Positions 16,749-24,279 of a stretch of DNA of 32,000 nucleotides are shown one piece after another. The translations under genes were made by a program, and so were the position numbers. Below the pieces are notes generated by a model. That model searched no databases, was not told the DNA's origin, and saw only the letters and a program-made list of their open reading frames with translations. The first letter of the stretch is position 1; every line of letters begins with the position of its first letter. Origin of the DNA: Candidatus Saccharimonas aalborgensis (lineage in GTDB: Bacteria; Patescibacteriota; Saccharimonadia; Saccharimonadales; Saccharimonadaceae); assembly GCF_000392435.1 (NCBI RefSeq), contig NC_021219.1, positions 90,001 through 122,000 on the forward strand, written 5' to 3'.

Positions 16749-17276
16749 TTATTGTCCCAGCCCCTGAAATAGCTCCATCGGATAGGTTGGCGGCGTTATT
16801 TCAGCCGCCGCAGGTATTGCCATCACAATAAATTTGAGTGGTGTGTTTGGCGGAATAACTTCATTACCCTGTTGGTCTTTTGTCCCCTGTTCTTTATACC
16901 CCTTATCTGAGGGGATGGTCAGCTCCCGCACGCCGCCGAGACGCATTCCCTTCATGCCTTCTTTCCAACCCTGGATTAAACTACTTGTTGCCAGGCCATC
17001 AATGGCAAGCGGTGACTTCAATTTGCCCGAGGCTGGGTCGATTGATTGCTCTTGGATTGTGCCACGCGGTAACCACAGAATATAGTAGGCGGCAAACTTC
17101 GTGGTATCCGTCACTTCCTCGCCGTCGCCGACAATAAGGTCTTGTGTCTGTAGTGTTTTATTGTTGCTTTCGATATCGTAGACACCAACTCTTGAGCCAA
17201 ACTGACTAAATGTCGAATAATATTTTGCCGAAAGTTCATCTGCCTGTGCAGCTTTCTGGGCCTGATATACTTTCAC
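16749..17276 (-). CDS. FKBP-type peptidyl-prolyl cis-trans isomerase domain protein
   Basis: 175 aa from GTG 17274-17276. 'LIVGDGEEV', 'YILWLPRGTIQEQS', 'LIQGWKEGMKGMRLGGVRELTIPSDKGYKEQG' and 'IPPNTPLKFIV' are typical of FKBP domains. The frame is open for 14 more codons upstream with no start codon. Confidence 0.8.
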   Translation of the reverse strand: MKVYQAQKAAQADELSAKYYSTFSQFGSRVGVYDIESNNKTLQTQDLIVGDGEEVTDTTKFAAYYILWLPRGTIQEQSIDPASGKLKSPLAIDGLATSSLIQGWKEGMKGMRLGGVRELTIPSDKGYKEQGTKDQQGNEVIPPNTPLKFIVMAIPAAAEITPPTYPMELFQGLGQ

Positions 17277-17434
17277 TTTTGCTTGGTAATCATTTTGTAC
17301 CTTTTGAGTCTTGCCGCATCATCTGATTGATTTTTTGTCGTCAATATCAGTGCCGCAAATGACCCAATCGTCCCCACAACGGTGACGATTAAAATAATCA
17401 TAATGCCTAGTCGCTGGCTCTTTGTTGTTGCCAC
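17273..17434 (-). CDS. 53-aa membrane-anchor ORF, possibly the detached 5' part of the FKBP gene
   Basis: GTG 17432-17434 with AAAGGGA 5 nt upstream. Translation: (M)ATTKSQRLGIMIILIVTVVGTIGSFAALILTTKNQSDDAARLKRYKMITKQK*. The TGA (17273-17275) overlaps the GTG of the FKBP ORF (GTGA). Confidence 0.4.
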   Translation of the reverse strand: MATTKSQRLGIMIILIVTVVGTIGSFAALILTTKNQSDDAARLKRYKMITKQK

Positions 17435-17476
17435 ATCTGTCCCTTTCGTTTGTTGAGCTCGTTTTAGTATAGCAAA

Positions 17477-18673
17477 TTAGCGACGTTTTTTCACCTTGAT
17501 CGTAGGGGCAAAGTAATCGTCTTCGTAGACTTTTGCAGCTCGCCAGGCCCCCAGTGAGGTACCAAGCGGTAACACCTCACTGTATCCGACGAGATCAGCA
17601 ACTCGACGGATTAGTCCACCAATCCACCCACAAAATCGAAGCCAGCGCCACTCAACAATTGCCCACCTAGCTCCAACCGGTATAGCCTGCACCGGCAAAA
17701 TAGCCTTATACGGCTTCATTGGTCGTCCAGATGTCTGCCTCTTTAGATTACGCGCAACAGTTCGCGCATCATGAATTGCCGTCTGGGCAAGACCAGTGAA
17801 CGGTGTTGCCGCATTGTCACCGATGACATAGATATCCTTATTTGCCTGCAAATATTGATCAACTTCGACGCGACCATTTTTTGCCAGTCGAAACACCGAT
17901 GGATTGTTAGCAAAAAATGGATGATTCGTTACTCCAGAGGTCCAAATGACGGTATGACTATCGATCGAAGCACCGCTCACAATTAATTCATGAGCCGTCT
18001 CCCTTTCGACTTTTTTACCGGTTTCTACACGCACACCAAGTTTCTTTAGACGTCGCGTTACCCTACGACTTGTCTGCTCTGATAGCCGAGGTAAGATTCG
18101 CGGCATCGCTTCTACCAGGCGAATATTTACCGTACGTTCTCTGATATGATACCGCTTCATGAGTCGCTTCAGATACGTTCCCATCGCCGCCGATAATTCA
18201 ACGCCGGTTGGACCGCCACCGATAATAATGTAGTTTTTATCGAGATGATGATTCTCGGCGATGTCAATCGAAAGCCGTCGTTTTAACCGCTTGATCTCTT
18301 CTTCGGACTTAATGCCGTAGGCGTAGGTCTCTAGTCCTGGGATACCAAAATAGGTTGTCACGACACCAATCGCAATAATACACACTTCATAATGATAAGA
18401 GGTTCCCGACTCACCGCCGACAACTTTCTGCTCTACATCGATCGATGTGATAGTGTCGATATACACTTCGACATTACTACTCTCGGCGAAAATCTCGCCC
18501 AATGGAGCCCAAGATTCAAGATGACTATGTCCAGTAGCGGAGCTATATAAGGTTGGGTAATACTGAAACTCTGTGCTATCTGAAATAAGCGTGATGTGAT
18601 TGCGGCTATCTTTTGACAACTCAAGTGCTGCCTTGATACCACCGAATCCGCCGCCAACAATTATAATATTCAT
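17477..18673 (-). CDS. ndh: Type II NADH dehydrogenase (NDH-2, FAD-dependent pyridine nucleotide-disulfide oxidoreductase)
   Basis: 398 aa. Two dinucleotide folds, 'IIIVGGGFGGIKAA' and 'IIIGGGPTGVELSA'; 'YVIGDNA'; length and order typical of NDH-2. Confidence 0.85.
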   Translation of the reverse strand: MNIIIVGGGFGGIKAALELSKDSRNHITLISDSTEFQYYPTLYSSATGHSHLESWAPLGEIFAESSNVEVYIDTITSIDVEQKVVGGESGTSYHYEVCIIAIGVVTTYFGIPGLETYAYGIKSEEEIKRLKRRLSIDIAENHHLDKNYIIIGGGPTGVELSAAMGTYLKRLMKRYHIRERTVNIRLVEAMPRILPRLSEQTSRRVTRRLKKLGVRVETGKKVERETAHELIVSGASIDSHTVIWTSGVTNHPFFANNPSVFRLAKNGRVEVDQYLQANKDIYVIGDNAATPFTGLAQTAIHDARTVARNLKRQTSGRPMKPYKAILPVQAIPVGARWAIVEWRWLRFCGWIGGLIRRVADLVGYSEVLPLGTSLGAWRAAKVYEDDYFAPTIKVKKRR

Positions 18674-18715
18674 CGCTACTTACAAAAAACGTACTATTAT
18701 TTTTTTCACTGGTAG

Positions 18716-18721
18716 TATAAT
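18716..18721 (+). promoter_or_regulatory. Candidate -10 box (TATAAT) for cydA in the ndh/cydA divergent region
   Basis: A perfect TATAAT lies ~40 nt upstream of the cydA ATG in a 78-87 nt AT-rich divergent intergenic region. No convincing -35. Confidence 0.3.
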
Positions 18722-18760
18722 AGCAGATGAAAGCATAAGCGTAAAAGGAAATTGGTCACT

Positions 18761-20023
18761 ATGGATGGATTCTTAGCAGCGCGTTCACTGATTGGACATT
18801 CGCTTGCATTTCATATTTTGATCGTTGCGCTCTCCATCGGCCTCCCGGTGCTGCTTAGTTTATTTGAGTGGTACGCGTGGCGCAAAAATAGCGAACGTCT
18901 CAGAGCATTTGTGCGACTGCTCGCGAAATGGACCGCCGTGTTTGTGATCGGTGGTATTTTCACCGGAACAATCATTGCACTTCAAATGTCAACGCTTTGG
19001 GCCCCATTTATGAATGAAGTACGTCCGACTGTCGGGAAGTTCTTTCAGCTCGAGGGCTACATGTTTCTTATTGAGGCAGCGTTCTTGTCATGGTATCTCG
19101 GTACGATGAAGCAAACTGGCACGCTCCGTCATTTTTTGATAAGCATTCCTATTAGTATCGGTTCTATAGGTTCGGCATTTTTCATTACTGCAGTTAACGC
19201 GTTCATGAATAACTCGACAGCGACATTGACGTCGACAACTATCAATGAGGTGTCCCACTCAGTTGCATCCTATATTTTTGCGACAACGTTATTAGTGCTC
19301 GCGTATGTTGTGTGGCGCAATCTCCACAAACAGCCTGCTTCTACGAAAACATTTCTAAATTGGACCATCAAGCGGCTCGTCGCTGTTTCAGCTATTTTAC
19401 TGGTAACACTCGCATTGTTAGGTCATCAATCTGCCGTCAATATTGCCGAGACACAGCCCGCCAAACTCGCCGCCATCGAGCTACTCGACAAAACACAGTC
19501 AAACGCACCGCTCCGTATCGGTGGTGACATCGATGCCAACGGTAAAGCCGAGGGAGGTATTGTACTACCCGGTATGCTGAGCCTCCTCGCAGGATATTCA
19601 ACTGCCTATGAGGTAAAAGGGCTAGACCAGGTACCGCGCTACCAATGGCCCCCGCTCATTGTCCATCTCTTATTCGATACAAAGATGGCACTTGTTGGCC
19701 TCTCGTCACTTCTCGTTCTTGGTGCGATATTCTTTCTGTGGCGCAAGGGGTCGTTTCCTCGCTGGTTTAGCATCACCTTTATCCCTCTTAGTGTCGTCGG
19801 AATGATTATGATGGAGTTAGGCTGGTTTATCACTGAACTCGGGCGTCAAACCTGGACTGTTGCCGGAAAACAAACTACCGCAGCAGCCTTTACGCATGGT
19901 GCAACTATCGGCAACAGTCTGTTTATCTTTATCCTCCTCTTTGCTGTGCTTAGCTGTGCAACCGCTTTCGCACTCGCTTATACGACTAGGCATTGGCGCG
20001 CCACGGAGAAAACATCATGGTAG
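18761..20023 (+). CDS. cydA: Cytochrome bd-type quinol oxidase subunit I (CydA), short Q-loop form
   Basis: 'LAFHILIVALSIGLP' (N-terminal His), 'NIAETQPAKLAAIE' and 'GWFITELGRQTWTV' correspond to the conserved CydA blocks (QPxKLAAxE, GWxxxExGRQPW). The track ORF begins at TTG 18752. ATG 18761 is preferred because AAAGGAA lies 11 nt upstream. Confidence 0.85.
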   Translation: MDGFLAARSLIGHSLAFHILIVALSIGLPVLLSLFEWYAWRKNSERLRAFVRLLAKWTAVFVIGGIFTGTIIALQMSTLWAPFMNEVRPTVGKFFQLEGYMFLIEAAFLSWYLGTMKQTGTLRHFLISIPISIGSIGSAFFITAVNAFMNNSTATLTSTTINEVSHSVASYIFATTLLVLAYVVWRNLHKQPASTKTFLNWTIKRLVAVSAILLVTLALLGHQSAVNIAETQPAKLAAIELLDKTQSNAPLRIGGDIDANGKAEGGIVLPGMLSLLAGYSTAYEVKGLDQVPRYQWPPLIVHLLFDTKMALVGLSSLLVLGAIFFLWRKGSFPRWFSITFIPLSVVGMIMMELGWFITELGRQTWTVAGKQTTAAAFTHGATIGNSLFIFILLFAVLSCATAFALAYTTRHWRATEKTSW

Positions 20024-20547
20024 AAACACTTTACATCCTCATACTTATTCCGGTGCTTTTGTACCTATTCTTTTCGGTGTTGGAGATTTGGCTGGTATAT
20101 CGGATTGCACTGCGCAATCACAGTCGATCCTTATTATTTATCCAGGGTTCAACCGAGCTTACTCATACACTGCTCGTATTTGCTTATGCGCAGTTTATGG
20201 TGACGTTTTCGAGTCTCCTCATAGATATTGGTGGCGAGCTCTATTGGCCGATCGCGCTACTTATGGCAACCCTATTACTTCGCGGCTCTACCTACCTTTT
20301 GCTCTTTTATCGTGAGCGGCCGCCGCGCTGGATGTATCTTGTACTCCTCGGCACCTACCTCGTGGGGGTTACTTCACTTGTCTGGGCGCTATTGATTGTT
20401 ATTCCCGCTATCGCAACAAAGGGCTTCATACCCGACACCACCAACATCGATCTCGTACTCACCGTTGGCTTACCTGCACTCGCCTTTGTCATGATCCCGA
20501 TCATTGCTGTTTACAAGAGTGCTTTTGCCGCTCTTCGTAAAAAATGA
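20017..20547 (+). CDS. Polytopic membrane protein (176 aa, ~5 TM) coupled to cydA, in the position normally held by cydB
   Basis: ATG 20017-20019 is preceded by GGAG (20005-20008) and overlaps the cydA end (stop 20021-20023). About five hydrophobic helices. It is half the length of a canonical CydB (~330-380 aa) and I recognise no CydB motifs. Confidence 0.55.
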   Translation: MVETLYILILIPVLLYLFFSVLEIWLVYRIALRNHSRSLLFIQGSTELTHTLLVFAYAQFMVTFSSLLIDIGGELYWPIALLMATLLLRGSTYLLLFYRERPPRWMYLVLLGTYLVGVTSLVWALLIVIPAIATKGFIPDTTNIDLVLTVGLPALAFVMIPIIAVYKSAFAALRKK

Positions 20548-20560
20548 TCATATATTAACT

Positions 20561-20589
20561 TTGACTTTTTGTACACTTAAGATTATGAT
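20561..20589 (+). promoter_or_regulatory. Strong sigma70-type promoter (TTGACT - 17 nt - TATGAT)
   Basis: TTGACT at 20561-20566 and TATGAT at 20584-20589 with a 17-nt spacer, plus a second TATAAT at 20595-20600. Followed by the hairpin CTCATC-AGCC-GATGAG (20601-20616). Confidence 0.5.
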
Positions 20590-20643
20590 TATCATATAAT
20601 CTCATCAGCCGATGAGGTTATCTCGAGAGAGGAGTGTCATAGC

Positions 20644-20847
20644 ATGGCAGACTGTTACTATCACGGTTACTCAGGCGGTCCCGGGAGGTGTATACACTGC
20701 GACAGGGAACAGCAGGCCAATCTGGAACCTGGCACCCTGGATGGTTACGACCAAGAGGTCACCACTCACGACTGGCGACATGGTCGGATTGGTCGGATCG
20801 GCCAACCCGGCATTCCGCCCCAGCCCAACACCCCGCCTTCTCGTTAA
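20644..20847 (+). CDS. Candidate 67-aa Cys/His- and Pro-rich small protein (alternatively part of a structured RNA)
   Basis: A GAGAGAGGAG SD (20625-20634) lies 9 nt before the ATG. Translation: MADCYYHGYSGGPGRCIHCDREQQANLEPGTLDGYDQEVTTHDWRHGRIGRIGQPGIPPQPNTPPSR*. The terminator lies 26 nt after the stop. The region is markedly more GC-rich than its flanks, and the other two plus frames are also open here, so coding is not certain. Confidence 0.3.
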   Translation: MADCYYHGYSGGPGRCIHCDREQQANLEPGTLDGYDQEVTTHDWRHGRIGRIGQPGIPPQPNTPPSR

Positions 20848-20873
20848 CCCCGCACCGGCACATCCCCAAAGAA

Positions 20874-20906
20874 GGGGCTTCGCGAACGATGCGGGGCCCC
20901 TTTTTT
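20874..20906. terminator. Rho-independent terminator, plausibly bidirectional
   Basis: GGGGCTTCGC-GAACGAT-GCGGGGCCCC: a 10-bp stem including two G-U pairs, with a 7-nt loop, followed by TTTTTT (20901-20906). On the minus strand the same stem follows the ABC exporter stop (20915-20917) and is followed by TTCTTT. Confidence 0.8.
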
Positions 20907-20914
20907 AATTTCGT

Positions 20915-22696
20915 CTACGCGGCGATATCAAACTCTGCTAGTTTCTTTTTGGCGGCCTCAGAGGTGCCAAGTTGGAGCGCAAGGAGTTGACCGTAAATAC
21001 CCTTTGTCTTACTCAACTGAGCGGGAGTACCGATCTCATCCACCTTGCCATTCTTGAGTGTGACGATCATATCTACCTCTGCAATGGTACTAAGACGGTG
21101 CGCGATCACTAGCGTTGTGCGATCTTTCATCAGTCTATCGAGCGCTTGCTGCACCTCGTGTTCGGCACGACTATCAAGACTGCTGGTGGCTTCATCGAGA
21201 ATGAGAATCGGAGCGTCTTTGAGCAAAGCACGCGCGATCGAAATACGCTGTTTTTGACCGCCACTCAATTTGATACCACGCTCACCTATTTCAGTGTCGT
21301 AGCCATTCGGAAATGCTGAGATGAAATCATGCGCGTTAGCAGCCTTGGCCGCTTTTTCAATTTCTTTATCGGTTGCATCAGGTTTCGCATACGAAATATT
21401 CTCACGCACCGTTCCACTAAATAACGCCGCATCCTGAAATACCGTTGCAATATTCTTTCGCAAGCTGTGACGCGACACCATACTAATGTCTTGTCCGTCG
21501 ATCACGACGCGTCCTGCAGTGGGTTGGTAGAGCCCCATCAGAAGATTTGAGATCGTCGACTTACCACCTCCAGACTCACCGACAAGTGCCAGCTTCGTCC
21601 CGGGTTCAATCGAAAAACTGATATTTTTTAGTACCTGATTTCCCTTAGCTCCATACGAAAAATTAACTCCCCTATACTCAATCGCCGCCTTTTGGATCAG
21701 TAGCTCCGCGCTACTTGCTTCCGGCTCGGGCGATTCCTGAAGTGCCGCCAAGTAATCACGACTATTCGCCACGGCGCGCTGATAGCTGTCTACAAAGAAG
21801 CTAAGACCGTTGAGCGGCATACTTGCCTGCTGAATCAAAACAACGAGCATGGCGATATCACCAACCGAAAGCTGTCCCTGTCCAGCCAAATAAAAAATCA
21901 CGAGCAGACTCAGCGCACGAATAATGCCAAAGATCATGCCCCTCCAAAAATTCATCGTATGCCAGAACCGTGACTGCTCTCTGGTGAGAGCGATCATACT
22001 GCTAACCTCACCATCAAAAAGTGCGTATTCGCGTCGTTCCGTCACAAAACTTTTGACAAGCCGGATCTGCCCAACCACTTCCGCAAAGCGACCGCTCGCA
22101 GTATCAAAATGTTGGTTTTTTTGTTTCTCGAGTTCCTGCCACTTTCCACTTGTGCGTGCTGTCAGATAGAGATTCGCGGGTATCAGTATGGCGAATAGTA
22201 TCGCTAATTGCCATCCATAAAATGCCAATACCGCCAGTGTTAATGTCGTGGTCAGTAACATCTGCAGTAGGTTGTTTGAGAAAAACTGAAAGAAATTGGT
22301 AATATCTGTGATCGCTCGGCTGAGTCGATTAATGATTTTACCTGTCACTTCATTGTCAAAATAGTGCTGAGGAAGTGTCAAAAGATGACGATAGTATGCC
22401 GATGAAAGCTGGTGGCGAGCACGAATTGCCAACTGATCACCCACATACCCACTCACATCAGTAATAAGCGCGCTGAGAAGTGCAACACCAGCCAATGCGC
22501 TCCCGAACCAAATGATATGATTCCAGTCAAAAGCGACATGATGTGCGTTGATAGCTACCACCCAATCAGTTGCAAGTTTGATGACATACGGCGGCACAAA
22601 GGAAAGCAGCGAGCTAATTAACGCTAAGGAGCCGATGACAACCATATAGCGTCCGAGTCCAGTGGTGAAGCCAAAGATTGTTCGAATTGATTTCAT
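20915..22696 (-). CDS. ABC exporter, fused permease/ATPase (MsbA/multidrug-exporter type)
   Basis: 593 aa. N-terminal six-helix TMD, Walker A 'GESGGGKST', signature 'LSGGQKQR', Walker B 'ILILDEATS', H-loop 'IAHRL'. Confidence 0.9.
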   Translation of the reverse strand: MKSIRTIFGFTTGLGRYMVVIGSLALISSLLSFVPPYVIKLATDWVVAINAHHVAFDWNHIIWFGSALAGVALLSALITDVSGYVGDQLAIRARHQLSSAYYRHLLTLPQHYFDNEVTGKIINRLSRAITDITNFFQFFSNNLLQMLLTTTLTLAVLAFYGWQLAILFAILIPANLYLTARTSGKWQELEKQKNQHFDTASGRFAEVVGQIRLVKSFVTERREYALFDGEVSSMIALTREQSRFWHTMNFWRGMIFGIIRALSLLVIFYLAGQGQLSVGDIAMLVVLIQQASMPLNGLSFFVDSYQRAVANSRDYLAALQESPEPEASSAELLIQKAAIEYRGVNFSYGAKGNQVLKNISFSIEPGTKLALVGESGGGKSTISNLLMGLYQPTAGRVVIDGQDISMVSRHSLRKNIATVFQDAALFSGTVRENISYAKPDATDKEIEKAAKAANAHDFISAFPNGYDTEIGERGIKLSGGQKQRISIARALLKDAPILILDEATSSLDSRAEHEVQQALDRLMKDRTTLVIAHRLSTIAEVDMIVTLKNGKVDEIGTPAQLSKTKGIYGQLLALQLGTSEAAKKKLAEFDIAA

Positions 22697-22767
22697 CTGA
22701 CTAGTATACTATGAAATACCTATTTGCCGAGACTCGTGCAGCCGCTACTAGCGTCAATACGCCACTT

Positions 22768-24261
22768 TTACTGACTCACTTCACATAGTTTCCGAAAAAT
22801 CTCGACCATAGCGAGAGTATCGAGTGCACAATACTCACGCAGCTCGTCAAATACCACACGTCGCTCACACTCATCCATAGATAACGAAAGTACCGCCTCC
22901 ATCCACCGCTTCTGGGCAACTGCACCATCAGCAATCGCCATGTTTCGATAGGAAAGCTCAGGGACGAGTGCCGGTAGAACCTTTTTTATGCTCGCGCTTC
23001 CGCCTAACTGAATATCAGCATAATAACCTTTATAGAAAAGTTCTATTGGGTCGCGCATTCGTTCGTTAAGAGCCAAAAGGTCTGCACTATACTCTGACAC
23101 CAGGCGCGCCATCGTTTCATTGCAGCGCTGCTCAAAACCCATACTCCACGCTACAATAGAGCCGTTATTACCAATTGACGAAAGTAGGTGTGGCACCAAC
23201 TGCCCAGCCGGCATATCGGCCATCTCGTGTAAATACATCGCATGCCGAACCTCACTATCAGGAGAATCAAGCACATGGAGTGAATATTGAAACGGTACTT
23301 GTTCATACGGTTTCACGCCATCATAAGGAGGCACAACACCAGCTGCTGTTTCGTAATCGAGAAAATACAGCGGGTACTCAAGCGTAGAGAGCCACTCGCG
23401 AATCTTTTGTTTATCGATGTTTATGCCGCCCGCTTTTGCTGCTTCGATGTGCGCGACAAGGGCTGGCCGCTCGACAAGGTGCGGTGGAATATCTGCGAGC
23501 TTTGAAATGCCCAATTCTTCACAAGTCGCAAGCAACGCCGGGCTAATAAGCACACTGCTGTAGATCGAGTCCTCACCGCTAGGCCAGAGTGTTTGATGGA
23601 TCTCTAGCCAGCCTCTTAGACCTTGTCTACTCGCAAGCGACGGTGAAGGATCGGGCATTGTCGGACGGAGCACTGTGGCAAGCGCATGCGCAGCAGCGGT
23701 CGCAGTAGAGACCTCCAGCGCTCTCACTTTTTCGGTCACGTCAGTAACGCTACTTAGTTCCAGTGGATCAATATCACCATGACGCACAAAGGAAGGATTG
23801 ACGTGAATCACCGATATATTTCGCGCCTCGTAACCGGCGCCTTCCAAGACAAACAACTGAAATGCTAGATCATAAAGGTGTTCGGGCTTGACGCGCGTGC
23901 TTGATTTTATCTCGTACAGATCAACAACATTCTGGTCAACGACATCAACAATATCACAAATGAACGTAAACGGACCATGCTCAAACCGACCCTGAAAAAT
24001 CGTCCGTGCTCCACCATCTAGTGCCTCCCTGGTGCGCTCAGTAAGTGTACGATACGACGACCAGTTGCTAAACCCAAGGTCAACCGCGCCCGCAAAGCGC
24101 TGCTCAACAAGAGGCTCAAAAGCACTTCCCGCGTCGAATCGTTGTTGCTGCTGAGCGGTCAGAGGAGGCAGACGTTCCAGCTGATGCTTTTTGAGCCACA
24201 ACCAAGCGGGATGCACACGAGACAACATATAATCGGACTTTGTGATGGACACCTCTGACAT
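22768..24261 (-). CDS. DUF2779-like protein: N-terminal PD-(D/E)xK nuclease-like fold plus C-terminal RNase-H-like region
   Basis: 497 aa. 'ICDIVD...(10 aa)...DLYEIKSS' fits D...ExK. 'YFLDYETAAGVVPPYDGVKPYEQVPFQYSLHV' matches the block I remember as characteristic of DUF2779 (FxDFE(T/S)...P..G..PYQQIPFQ.S.H). Confidence 0.7.
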   Translation of the reverse strand: MSEVSITKSDYMLSRVHPAWLWLKKHQLERLPPLTAQQQQRFDAGSAFEPLVEQRFAGAVDLGFSNWSSYRTLTERTREALDGGARTIFQGRFEHGPFTFICDIVDVVDQNVVDLYEIKSSTRVKPEHLYDLAFQLFVLEGAGYEARNISVIHVNPSFVRHGDIDPLELSSVTDVTEKVRALEVSTATAAAHALATVLRPTMPDPSPSLASRQGLRGWLEIHQTLWPSGEDSIYSSVLISPALLATCEELGISKLADIPPHLVERPALVAHIEAAKAGGINIDKQKIREWLSTLEYPLYFLDYETAAGVVPPYDGVKPYEQVPFQYSLHVLDSPDSEVRHAMYLHEMADMPAGQLVPHLLSSIGNNGSIVAWSMGFEQRCNETMARLVSEYSADLLALNERMRDPIELFYKGYYADIQLGGSASIKKVLPALVPELSYRNMAIADGAVAQKRWMEAVLSLSMDECERRVVFDELREYCALDTLAMVEIFRKLCEVSQ

Positions 24262-24279
24262 GCCCTCAGTATAGCAAAT

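Noticed and set aside
20782-20799. Tandem GGTCGGAT(T/C) repeat, considered as a CRISPR or mini-satellite
   Set aside because: There are only two 9-nt copies with no spacer architecture. It is far too short for a CRISPR array, and no cas genes are in the window.
20650-20900. Possibility that the GC-rich unit is RNase P RNA, SRP RNA or tmRNA
   Set aside because: - **RNase P:** 'CAACCCGGCATT' superficially resembles the RNase P CR-V 'GAACCCGGCTTA', and 'GTCCCGGG' resembles 'GTCCGGGC'. But the universal GGAAAGTCC block is absent, there is no P3 hairpin between the pairing strands, and ~300 nt is short.
- **SRP RNA:** no GGAA-tetraloop domain IV (GTCCGGAAGGAAGCAGC).
- **tmRNA:** no acceptor end (GGGG...CCACCA).
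- The region is kept as an unclassified finding instead.
20612-20990. Alternative-frame ORFs 20612..20908 (98 aa) and 20688..20990 (100 aa)
   Set aside because: Neither has an SD. The first ATG sits inside the 5' hairpin. The second reads through the terminator into the antisense of the ABC exporter. Their openness is treated as a compositional property of the region, not as genes.
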